Origin: Candidatus Spongiisociaceae bacterium
GTDB taxonomy: Bacteria > Actinomycetota > Acidimicrobiia > Spongiisociales > Spongiisociaceae
DNA: 64,000 nucleotides
Reading direction: 5' to 3'
Assembly (NCBI GenBank): GCA_965202675.1
Contig: OZ241842.1
Coordinates: 2,001,962 to 2,065,961 of the forward strand
Shown here: positions 30,396 through 39,581 of the stretch, in pieces
Layout: the number at the start of each line of letters is the position of its first letter
Position numbering within the stretch: the stretch's first letter is position 1
Program-made: the position numbers and the translations under genes
The notes under the pieces: generated by a model
Database searches by the model: none
What the model was told of the DNA's origin: nothing
The model's input: the letters and a program-made list of their open reading frames with translations, nothing else

Positions 30396-31209
30396 GGGCG
30401 TGTTAACACTATTTCGTTTTGATATGGTATCATGCGGGGATGGAGATTACAGAAGCTCAGTACGAGCGTATCAAGTCGTATTTACCGACGCAGCGCGGTA
30501 ATGTCCGCGTGTCGAATCTGGATGTGCTCAACGCTTTTTTGTATGTGTTGGAGCACGGATGTAAGTGGCGGGGGTTGCCTGACCGGTTTGGTAATTGGCA
30601 TACCATCTACACGCGGATGAACCGCTGGTCGAAGAATGGCGTGCTGGACAGGGTGTTTAGGGGTTTGCAGGATGAGGGGATCATCCGGATGAATCTGGAG
30701 GTTGTTTCTTTGGACAGCACGATCGTCAGGGTTCATCCCGATGGGATGGGCGCTCTGAAAAAAAGGGGCCCCAGGCGGTCGGCCGGTCCCGGGGGGGTTG
30801 GACGACCAAGATTCATATGGTTGCCGCGGATGCTCGAACGGCGGTGATGTTTTCTCTTTCTGCGGGTCAGGATCATGACGCTGCGCATGGGCGGAGGCTG
30901 TTGGAGCGGATCGGCGTGCAACAGGATCCGTTGTTCCTGGTGATGGACCGGGCGTATGAGGGGGACGAGACGCGGCAGTTGGCTTTGGATCTGGGGTATA
31001 CGCCGGTGGTTCCTCCTACAGTCCGGCGGCGGAACCCTTGGGTCTATGACCAGGAGGTTTACAAGCGGCGCAACGAGGTCGAGCGGTTGTTCCGACGGCT
31101 GAAGGAGTATCGTCGTGTCTTCTCCCGTTACGATAAACTCGACGTGGTTTACCTGGGGTTCATCACCTTTGCGCTGATAACAGAAACCCTACGTAGTGTT
31201 AACAGGCCC
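30396..31209 (+). mobile_element. IS5-family (IS427/IS1031-group) insertion sequence, 814 bp, with imperfect terminal inverted repeats and a TA target duplication
   Basis: IRL is GGGCGTGTTAACACTAT and IRR is ...TAGTGTTAACAGGCCC. TA flanks both ends. GC is about 50%. It encodes an orfA-orfB transposase. Confidence 0.8.
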
Positions 31210-31212
31210 TAG
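30440..31212 (+). CDS. IS5-family transposase (orfA-orfB, programmed -1 frameshift at A7 run ~30758-30764)
   Basis: OrfA reads MEITEAQYERIKSYLP...VSNLDVLNAFLYVLEHGCKWRGLP...WHTIYTRMNRWSKNGVLD. OrfB (30817-31212) reads ...DHDAAHGRRLLE...LVMDRAYEGDETRQLALDLGYTPVVPP...NEVERLFRRLKEYRRV, the DDE_Tnp_1 C-terminus. The two ORFs overlap around the GAAAAAAAG slippery site. Confidence 0.75.
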
Positions 31213-33715
31213 TCCTGGTAATCCTCCAGGGCGTTGATTAACAGTAGGAACGAATACCAAGCCGGAGAAGGTCTGCTCTCCTCTATTAGGCATAAAATAC
31301 CTTGCTTGATTGACATCAAACAGGGCGGGCAAGCGCCTCAAGCAACCTTGGAGAGTAACTGGGTGATCAGGGGAAGTACATCTTACATGATAGTTGAGTT
31401 CTGGTCGATCAAAGGATTCTGGTTGTACGATAGAATTATCATTGTGTTCCATAATACCCAACTGAAATAGTACATCGCTTAGTACTGCTCGAGATGCTGT
31501 TCCAGTTAAGGCAAGCAGTGGGGGAGGTTGTCCGCTTTGATCTTTAGATAATTTACGAATAATGTTGCCCAAATTGAGGTATGCATATCTGAAGTCATGC
31601 CCCCATTCAGAAACGCAATGTGCCTCGTCTACTACGACTAGGTTGACAAGAGTAGCGTTTGCCAACCTAGCTAAAGCCTTTCTAAATTTCTTTGTCTGAA
31701 TACGCTCGGGAGCGACAAACACATAGTAAGGCTCGGCATTTGCTATATGTTCCAAAACTACATCTTGTTCTCTAGTACGACTTGTGATTTCTTGTACACG
31801 GTCGATGCCGTGGCTTCGTAGGCCTTTAACTTGATCATTAATCAAGGCTACCAACGGGTCGATCACTAAGGTTCGTCCGGGCAGGCATAACCCGGCTAGC
31901 TGATAGATCAAGCTCTTGCCCGCCCCCGTCGGGAGAAGCACGGCACAATCCCTCATGGACATGACCTCGACTATGGCTTCATACTGACCATCACGAAAAC
32001 CCTCTTTGGCAAACACAGCGCGGAGTAATACCCTCAGAGGGTCCCTGCCCTCGTCTCCTTCGATATGAACGGTTGCTCGATTGTTGTCGCCTTCTAGGCG
32101 ATCGGACATCAGAACGGGAACACCTGTGGATCGGATAACCACTGTTGGTGTGCCATCGCGATCAGGGAGTGGCTGGCACGAAGTACGATCACACTGCAAC
32201 AGGATACGGGCGCGAGGGTTAGACACCGATTCTTCGGAGGCATCTTGGCGCTCGTATCGGCCTTCCGGGGTGCGGTGGAAGAGTACTCTATCTTCACTGT
32301 CCTCGAATAACACTCGTCCTGGCACAACGGAGCGGGCATCCCACAGGCAACAGAGGGCGTAAAGAACTTCCAGATATGGTACTATCAGTTCGATGGCCAT
32401 ATGCGTAGGATCTTCGACTTCTACTATCCAGGAATCCCCGCTTAGGAATCCGCGGCGGATGGCTTCGCATAGTCCCAAAACCAAGCGATGAACCTGGATA
32501 GAACCCCAGACCAATAATTTATCTTCATCCGAGGGATTTGTGGCTTGACTGACTGTCGCCTCTATAGCGTTGGTAACGGCTTCAAGTTGAGAGCCGTGTC
32601 CCATTCTGATTTCACTTGTAGACACGCGGATAGTTTCTATGCCGATATTTCTAAGCAATTGGTCCCGCTCTTGGTCAGTTAGTTGTTGAGTTTCGTGTTG
32701 CGTACCGTCTATTTCAATTACAAATGGACAGCTACCCGGTGGTGCCCAGAGAAAATCGCAACGGCGGTTCCCGCCTGCTCCATGGCCTGCTGCCTGCAGG
32801 AGGCCGTCTAATGAAGCTTGAGGTATCAGCCAACGAGCAACTCGTGGATGGTGCTCTGCCATCCATTCCATCAGTAGCCGTTCCTCGTCCGATTCAGCCA
32901 GAGATGGTTCGATTTCAACGTGGTAGCCACCGGGTATCACGGTGAGGTCGCGTAAGCTCACTGAATAAGAATCGTGCAGATTGAATGACACATCTCCCGG
33001 TTGCGAGCTAGGTCGGATACGGTCACCTAGACCGACAGACTCAATCAGTATCCGCTCAGAGTCGGGGTGTAGGGGCGGTGTCAATCCTCGGCGGAGAAGT
33101 TTGCCCATTACGTCCAGCACTCTTTGAGTGTTTCTATCAGACTCAAGTTCGTGGAGAGGGGATGTGCTTGCTATCCAGCAGTTGGAGAGAGAGTCCATGT
33201 CCTCAACCTTGACAGACCTAAGAGATGCTCCTACAGTGGCATATTCGACCTGCCAGCCAGCATTTTCGAAGCCAAAGGTACCATCAGACCAGTGAACACG
33301 TTGTTTTCTGAGAACATCCTGCCCGAATACCTTTGCTGGGTTCGGATGATTGGTGATCATCGTGTCGGGCTGAGGTGTATCCGGAGGGTTTATTATTGGC
33401 GGGTTAGCCCTTTTTTCCTCGTTGCTATTGAAAGTTGTGGTTCCTCGGCAACTGGGGAATTGCAGGCATCCCCAGAAACGGTTTCCGGACCTTGCCCCCT
33501 GCTTCGCGGTGCGAAGGGTCATATCACTCCCACATCTTGGGCATCTGGGGCGGTTTCCACTCGTGCTGTTCCTTCGCCACGTTGACCCCCCGCGCTTGCG
33601 GTGGTCTGTCTCGGAGTCTAACCCCGACGAGGGGTCGCGGTTTCTGGACACACAGGCGTTTGGTGATCGACAAAACTGTCAGGCGGCGATCCCGATGAAG
33701 GGTTATGCACCTCGC

Positions 33716-34840
33716 TTAGGCGTTCCGTTCGGCGAAGGGGAGGGGTTCGGTTACCGCGGTAAGCCGCAGGCCCTCCACCGACGCCTCCAGCGCGGTGCCG
33801 GGGGCGGCCGCCGTCCGCTCGACGAGGGCGAAACCGAGGTTGGCGTCGAAGCGGGGGGAATAGGCCGCCGATGTGAGCCGTCCGACCTGTCGGCCTTCCA
33901 GGAAAAGGGGGTAGTGGACCGGGTTGCCCAGGATGGGCTCGCCTCCCATCCGGACCCCGGTCAGCAAACGGGCCGGCCCCTGCTCGGCGATCTTCATCAG
34001 CGCCGCCCGCCCGGCGAAGTCCTCCCCGTCGTAGAAATCGACCAGGCGGCCGAAGCCCAGCTCGAAGGGGTTGACCGTATCGTCCATGTCGGTTCCGTAG
34101 GAGAGGATGCCCCCTTCGATGCGGCGGATATGGTTGGGGGCGGCGGCCCGGACGCCGTAACGGCGACCTGCCTCGAACAGCAGGTCCCACAGCCACGCAC
34201 CCCGGGTGCGGTCGGTCAGGAACACCTCGTAGCCGTACTCGCCCGACCAGCCGGTCCGGGAAACCAGCAGGTTCACTCCGTCCAGGTTCGTCCAGGCGCA
34301 CCGGTAATAGGGCAGATCGGCCACCTCGCCGCCGAACACGTCCGCGACCAGCGGCTTCGACTTGGGACCCTGGATCTGGAGGGGCGAGACATCCGGCTCC
34401 CTGACCGCCGCGTCCAGGCCCCTTTCGTAGGCGATGGCCTGCGCCCAGAGGAGAATGTCGCGGTCGGCCAAAGACAGCCAGAACCGGTCTTTCCCCACCC
34501 GCAGGAGCACCGCATCGTCGAGGATTCCCCCGGCGTGGCTGCAGATGAAGACGTAGCAGGCCCGGCACACTTCCAACCGGGAGGTGTCCCGCGTGCACAG
34601 GTACCGGGTGAGCCGCCCCGCGTCGGGGCCCTCGATCTCGACCTGGCGCTCACCCCCTACATCCCAGATCGTCACGTCCTCCACCAACGCCCGGTATTCA
34701 TCGAGCAGGCCGGAGTACCGGGCCGGCAGGATCATATGGTTGTAGATCGTTACCCCGGTCAGCCCGGCCCGGAGGGTCGCCTCGAAGTAGGGCGAAGGCC
34801 GCAGCCGCGGCGATCGGATCAGCGGCAGGTCATCGGTCAT
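33716..34840 (-). CDS. Aminomethyltransferase-family (GcvT-like) protein, probable THF-dependent demethylase
   Basis: GcvT fold motifs are present (IWDVGGERQVEIEGPDA...GYEVFL...). The start is taken at MTDDLP (residue 26 of ORF 33716-34915), 11 nt inside the upstream MFS stop. Confidence 0.7.
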   Translation of the reverse strand: MTDDLPLIRSPRLRPSPYFEATLRAGLTGVTIYNHMILPARYSGLLDEYRALVEDVTIWDVGGERQVEIEGPDAGRLTRYLCTRDTSRLEVCRACYVFICSHAGGILDDAVLLRVGKDRFWLSLADRDILLWAQAIAYERGLDAAVREPDVSPLQIQGPKSKPLVADVFGGEVADLPYYRCAWTNLDGVNLLVSRTGWSGEYGYEVFLTDRTRGAWLWDLLFEAGRRYGVRAAAPNHIRRIEGGILSYGTDMDDTVNPFELGFGRLVDFYDGEDFAGRAALMKIAEQGPARLLTGVRMGGEPILGNPVHYPLFLEGRQVGRLTSAAYSPRFDANLGFALVERTAAAPGTALEASVEGLRLTAVTEPLPFAERNA

Positions 34841-36134
34841 CTGCGCCTCGGTAATCCGGCTCGGAGGAGGATTCCCCCAGCCACAACGACTCGATGGCCT
34901 CGGCGAGGTCTTCACCCCGGCCGTCCGCCGGGGTTCGATGCCCTGCCCTGAACCACAGCGTGAGCGCCGCCGCCAGCACCGCCAGCACCGCCGTCGGGCC
35001 CCGGAAGCTTCCGGTTCGGTCTATCCACGCGCCCGAGACGGCGATGGAGACCGCCGCCGACAACGACGCCGCCACCAGCCCGCCCGACACGGCCCGCACC
35101 GCCAGAAGGGGAGGGAGGCTGCGGTGGGCGGCCAGGCCGATCAACCCCCAGACCGGGAAGTTCAGGACGCCGTACGCCAGCGCCGCCGCCAACAGGGCGG
35201 GGTGGGACCACCGGAGGGCAAGCAACCCGAGGAGGGCCGCATAGGCTCCGGCCATTGCCGATACCACCCCGACGGGCGAGCCGCGGTCGGCCAGCCAGCC
35301 CAGGGGCAGGGCGGCCGCCGACCCCGCCCCCGCCGCCAGCCACCAGGGGAAAGCGGCCGCCAACGGGCTCAGCGCCAATTCGTGGACGGCGATTTCGGCC
35401 ATGTAGGCGGCGAAGGTCAATCCCGCCAGACCCGACACAACGCTCATCAGGATCACCGCCCGGCCGCCCGGTATCAGCAGGATCTGCCGCCAAGCTCCCT
35501 CGCGCCCGGTCTCCTCCATACGGAACGGCAGCTCTATCGGGCGGCGGAAAACCAGCAGGGTTCCGGCGATTGTTGCCGCCGCGGCGGCGGCAGCGATTAC
35601 GAACGCCCATCTCCACTCCTCCGCTCCGGTCATCGTATGGACGAAGACGCCGTTCAGCCCGTACCCGATGCCGGTGCCCGCGCTGGCCACGGCCAGAACC
35701 CGCCCGTGGTGGCGCGGGTCCACCGCTGCGCCGGCGATGTTGACGGAGGCGGACCAGCTGACGGGCGCGCAAACGCCGATCACCATCACGGAGAGGGCCA
35801 GCATTCCCGGCGAGGACGCCGCCGACGCGGCCAGAAACCCCGACCCGCAGACCGCCAGACAGAGGATCAGCAGCCCGCGTGAGGGGAGGCGGTCGACCGC
35901 CTTGATCCCGAGGGCCGCCCCCAGCCCGTAGGCCGCCAACCCGACGGACAGGGCCAAGCCGAGCACCCCGTACCCGGAACGGAAGGATTGGGTGATCCGG
36001 GGCAGCATGGCCGCAACAAGACCAACTCCGAACCCGTGGGTGATCAGGATCACAGACCCCAAAAGAGCCGCCGCCGCGATCGACCCTACGAACCGTCCGC
36101 CCTCCGGCGCCCCCATCGCCGTTCCTACGGTCAA
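34830..36134 (-). CDS. MFS transporter
   Basis: A 434-aa, 12-TM hydrophobic protein with an MFS pattern. Confidence 0.7.
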   Translation of the reverse strand: MTVGTAMGAPEGGRFVGSIAAAALLGSVILITHGFGVGLVAAMLPRITQSFRSGYGVLGLALSVGLAAYGLGAALGIKAVDRLPSRGLLILCLAVCGSGFLAASAASSPGMLALSVMVIGVCAPVSWSASVNIAGAAVDPRHHGRVLAVASAGTGIGYGLNGVFVHTMTGAEEWRWAFVIAAAAAAATIAGTLLVFRRPIELPFRMEETGREGAWRQILLIPGGRAVILMSVVSGLAGLTFAAYMAEIAVHELALSPLAAAFPWWLAAGAGSAAALPLGWLADRGSPVGVVSAMAGAYAALLGLLALRWSHPALLAAALAYGVLNFPVWGLIGLAAHRSLPPLLAVRAVSGGLVAASLSAAVSIAVSGAWIDRTGSFRGPTAVLAVLAAALTLWFRAGHRTPADGRGEDLAEAIESLWLGESSSEPDYRGADDR

Positions 36135-36353
36135 CCGCGCACACGACGCAATACCGCAAAGGGTTGCGGGGCTCGCCGCGGCGCTCGGAGGACGGCCATG
36201 TCCGCAGTGTAAAAGAAACGGGCGCAGCGGCGGGAAGCGTACTTCCGGGCCGCTGCCGATTACCTGGACGGCTGGAAGCGTCGATAGGAGGCCGGCTCTG
36301 CGCCCCGGCGGTGACCGCGCCCCGCTCTCTTCGCCGAACGGATGGCCTGAGCG

Positions 36354-36914
36354 TCAGGCTGGCCGGGTTCCTTCGGGGCCGGCGGCGCCGCGATTGCGTT
36401 CCTGTATTCGGTACAGCTCAGGGAGGGCGGCCAGGTCCGGTTCCCGGCGGAGAGCCTGCTTTGCTTCGATGATGTCGTCGAGGTGCGCTATCAAGACGGC
36501 GGTTCCATATATACGGACAGTGCGGGCCTTGGGCAGGAGCGCATCGTAATCGGCCAGGTTGCCGGCCCGGGTCGGGGCGCCCGAAACGACATCGAGGTCG
36601 CCGTGGCGGGTGCGCCAGGCAGATACCTCAAAGGACGACAGGGACTGTCCGTCGATGGGGAAGTCGACGACGGCTCGGGAACCAGGGGTGTCTCCTTCCA
36701 CGCGCAACCGGGCGCCCATCGCGACGAGAGCGTCCGCAAGCCGGCCGAGGTTGCCGTCCTGCCATTGCGGGGTTATGTCGAAGCCTCTGGTTACGCGGTG
36801 AGAACCGTGGGCCGCGGCGGCGATGCCTCCTATGACTATGTAGACCACCTTGTGCTCGGCGAGGGTGTCGACCATTTCCCTGGTCGAGAGAGCGGGCGCG
36901 TCAGGGTCGCTCAT
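36354..36914 (-). CDS. Nucleotidyltransferase-fold-like protein (possible toxin/partner of XRE regulator)
   Basis: The start is taken at MSDPDA (residue 104 of ORF 36354-37223), overlapping the XRE stop as ATGA. The IVIGGIAAAAHGSHRVTRGFDI hG[GS]...D motif is suggestive but unconfirmed. Confidence 0.45.
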   Translation of the reverse strand: MSDPDAPALSTREMVDTLAEHKVVYIVIGGIAAAAHGSHRVTRGFDITPQWQDGNLGRLADALVAMGARLRVEGDTPGSRAVVDFPIDGQSLSSFEVSAWRTRHGDLDVVSGAPTRAGNLADYDALLPKARTVRIYGTAVLIAHLDDIIEAKQALRREPDLAALPELYRIQERNRGAAGPEGTRPA

Positions 36915-37261
36915 GGGGAGAGGCCCGAACGGAGCTGGGACACCAGCGATGCGTAGGCGTCGTTGGCGGATAAGCGTTCTTCCACTTTCTGTTCCAGCGC
37001 TGTGGAGGAGAGCAGCTCGTGATCGGGCCGGTCTGCAAGCTTCAGCTCCAGGTGCATGCCGCAGGCTTCGACGATCCGGATGAGGGTTCCGATCTCCGGC
37101 AGGACCAGGGCCCGTTCGTACCGGCTGATCTCGGCCTGCGATGTCCCGGCCCGCTCGGCCAGCTCGGCCTGGGTGTACCCCGCTCTCCGACGCGCCTCGC
37201 GGATAATCGACCACGCCGGCCATCGGGCCGGATCGATCCGTCGTTTGGGCGCCGCAACCAT
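36911..37261 (-). CDS. XRE-family helix-turn-helix transcriptional regulator (antitoxin-like)
   Basis: AGYTQAELAERAGTSQAEISRYERALVLPEIGTLIRIVEACG is a classic Cro/C1 HTH. It is 116 aa. Confidence 0.7.
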   Translation of the reverse strand: MVAAPKRRIDPARWPAWSIIREARRRAGYTQAELAERAGTSQAEISRYERALVLPEIGTLIRIVEACGMHLELKLADRPDHELLSSTALEQKVEERLSANDAYASLVSQLRSGLSP

Positions 37262-37370
37262 CCTGTTATGTGTTATAGCATATATTCAGGAGTCCTCGGA
37301 CCATTACGTTGGGCCCGAGCGTCCAAGCCGACCTCAGGGAAGTACATCCAAAGTTGTGCGGCGCTCGAAA

Positions 37371-37456
37371 TTCTAGGGAAAATACCTATAATCCAGCGCA
37401 AAGTTGGGATTTTTGCTAAGAATTTGCTAGTTTCTAGGGAAAATACCTGTAATTTG
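37371..37456. promoter_or_regulatory. Two 22-25-bp direct repeats (TTCTAGGGAAAATACCT[A/G]TAAT) each embedding a -10-like hexamer, in the divergent XRE/ATPase intergenic region
   Basis: Copies sit at about 37371-37395 (with a perfect TATAAT) and 37432-37456 (TGTAAT), spaced about 61 bp apart in an AT-rich region. Confidence 0.4.
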
Positions 37457-37497
37457 GACAATCCGGGGTTCTGGGGTCGGAATCGGGAGGAGATGGG

Positions 37498-39546
37498 ATG
37501 GCGGGGCGGCCGATGTTCAGGCGGCGGGTGCTCGATAGGGCGCTCGAGGCCATGCGCAGCTTTCCGGTGGTGATGCTGCAGGGGCCGAGGATGGTGGGCA
37601 AGACCACCCTGCTCGAGGAGATGGCCGGGCGTTTGGGCGGGGCTGTCGTCGATCTCGACCACCCGGGCGCCAGGTCGAAGGTCAGGGCCGACCCCGACTC
37701 GGCGGTCACCGGACCCGGCCCTGGGTTCATCGACGAATATCAGAAGATGCCGGAGTTGCTCAACTACATAAAGGCCCGGCTCAACGTCGATGGGTCCCCC
37801 GGCCGGTTTGTGTTAACCGGATCGTCCCGTCACGAGGCTCTGCCCAGGGGCGTCCAGGCGTTGACCGGCCGGTTGCTCAGGCTGCCTGTTCTGCCCCTGT
37901 CGCAGACCGAGATAGCCGGGGCGGGGGGCAACTTCATCGAAAATATGTTCGACAGCCCGGAGGCGTTCGCTTCCTCCGGCGGCGGCGGCCGCGAAGACTA
38001 TGCGGCGAGGGTCGTTGCAGGGGGGTTCCCCATGCAGGTCAACAGCCGCGATGACCGAGAGCGCCGGGGGATGATTGAGCAGTACCTCCGGCTGTCGATC
38101 GAGGTGGACGCCCGCGAGCTGCTGCGGGTGCACCGGCCCGAGGCCCTTTCCTGCTTTCTGCAGCGGCTGGCCGCCCAGACCGGGCAGATCCTCAACATGG
38201 CCAAGGCGGGCGGTGATGTGGGCGTCAAGGCCGGCGCCGCCGAGAACTACACCAGGCTCTTGGAGGCTGTCTTCATCCTGCGGCGGCTGCCGGCGTGGCG
38301 GAAGACCGCCCGCGGTCCGGTCCGCCGCCCCAAGATATACGTCCTCGATTCGGGGGTGGCCGCCCACCTGCTCGGTTTCACGGCGGAGAGGCTGCGCAGC
38401 AACGCCCCTTTTGCCGCCGAGCAGTTCGGTCATCTGCTGGAGACCTTCGCGGTGGGCGAGATTTGGAAGGCGGCCTCGTGGCTGGAAGACGCCCCCATGT
38501 ACAAGGTCGGGTATTGGAAGCACCGGAGCGGCGCCGAGGTCGATCTGGTGATCGAACGTCCGGACGACGGCGCGGTGATCGCCCTCGAGGTCAAGGCCGC
38601 CCAACAGGTCCGGCCCGATGACACCAAGGGGCTCCGCCTGCTGCGGGACGAGCTGGGGGAGCGCTTCAGGGCCGGCGCCGTGCTCTACACCGGTCGTGAA
38701 ATATACCGCCTGCCCGACGGCCTGTACGCGATGCCCATCGAAGCGGTGTGGCAAGGGGAGGCCGTCGAACAGCCCGGCCCCGACCGGCGCCGGCATGGAG
38801 GAGGGAAGGTTCGCGCGCCGGGCGGGCTTCGGGCTGCGGGCGAGGCCGCCGCCGAGGATGCATTGCCGCCGCCGGTCCGCGCCGCCGCCGACCGGATGCT
38901 GGAGATGCTGAATCCGGGGGAGTCGGCTTACTGGGAGATAGCGGTCACGCCGTCAGAGCCGGTGCACTTCGACGACTTCTATTCCTCGGCGGGCGTTCGC
39001 GGCGCCCTGATGGAACTGCAGACCCGTTATCCGGGGCGGCGGGCCTTCGGCCTCGGCCATCAAGGGGCGGTGCAGACCATCGGCGAGTGCGCAGCCCTGC
39101 TTGACGCCGGCCGGGGGATCCTGGTGCATCCGGCGGGAACTGTGGCGGCGGCGGCCTTGGGCATCGATGCAGAGTTCCGGGATTTCCTGGGATGGTCGGA
39201 CGACCTTGAAGACAGGCATCTCATCGCCAGGCACGAAGTACTGAACCAGTGGCCGCTGGAGATCGCCCTCTTCATCCATGAGCAGCTCCGGCCCTGCCTT
39301 CCGGCCGGGGAGTTGATCTTCTGGTCGGCGGGCAGGCGGCTTCTGACCGGACGGCCCGCCCTCCTGCTGGGGGATGAGCAAGGATCGCCGCCCTCGCTGA
39401 CACCCGCGGTGGTCGACAACCCCTACCGCAAGAGAATCCTATCCACGGGCGATCCCGAGGTCGACGCCTACCACCTGAAGGCGTCCTTCTACGAATGGTT
39501 CGGCATTCCCGCCGCCGACCTACCGGAAGCCGGCAGGGCCGTATAG
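37498..39546 (+). CDS. AAA_14/DUF4143-family ATPase with ~280-aa C-terminal extension of unknown function
   Basis: It has a Walker A motif (LQGPRMVGKTTL), a DUF4143-like middle region and a strong GGGAGGAG RBS. The 682-aa length compares with about 400 aa for typical family members. Confidence 0.7.
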   Translation: MAGRPMFRRRVLDRALEAMRSFPVVMLQGPRMVGKTTLLEEMAGRLGGAVVDLDHPGARSKVRADPDSAVTGPGPGFIDEYQKMPELLNYIKARLNVDGSPGRFVLTGSSRHEALPRGVQALTGRLLRLPVLPLSQTEIAGAGGNFIENMFDSPEAFASSGGGGREDYAARVVAGGFPMQVNSRDDRERRGMIEQYLRLSIEVDARELLRVHRPEALSCFLQRLAAQTGQILNMAKAGGDVGVKAGAAENYTRLLEAVFILRRLPAWRKTARGPVRRPKIYVLDSGVAAHLLGFTAERLRSNAPFAAEQFGHLLETFAVGEIWKAASWLEDAPMYKVGYWKHRSGAEVDLVIERPDDGAVIALEVKAAQQVRPDDTKGLRLLRDELGERFRAGAVLYTGREIYRLPDGLYAMPIEAVWQGEAVEQPGPDRRRHGGGKVRAPGGLRAAGEAAAEDALPPPVRAAADRMLEMLNPGESAYWEIAVTPSEPVHFDDFYSSAGVRGALMELQTRYPGRRAFGLGHQGAVQTIGECAALLDAGRGILVHPAGTVAAAALGIDAEFRDFLGWSDDLEDRHLIARHEVLNQWPLEIALFIHEQLRPCLPAGELIFWSAGRRLLTGRPALLLGDEQGSPPSLTPAVVDNPYRKRILSTGDPEVDAYHLKASFYEWFGIPAADLPEAGRAV

Positions 39547-39581
39547 CCTTCTCGCCTCTGCCCGGTCGGGCGGGGGGCGGA

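Larger units (their letters stand above)
28948..33651 (-). pseudogene. Multidomain nuclease-helicase gene (zf-C4 topoisomerase-type finger + DUF559/Vsr-like PD-(D/E)xK + RecQ-like SF2 helicase + ~370-aa unknown C-terminal region), disrupted by IS insertion
   Basis: The N-terminal fragment (ORF 31189-33651) carries CPRCGSDM...FWGC..FPSCRGT, CDFLWAPPGSCPFVIEIDGTQHE...ERDQLL..GIETIRV, and helicase motifs I/II/III (LLPTGAGKS, VVDEAHCVSEWGHDFR, LTGTA). The C-terminal fragment (28948-30395) carries motifs IV-VI (AIICPS, TSAFGMGIDKPNIRWSIHY, YYQEVGRAGRDG). The two fragments join in frame when the IS and one TA are removed. Confidence 0.75.
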
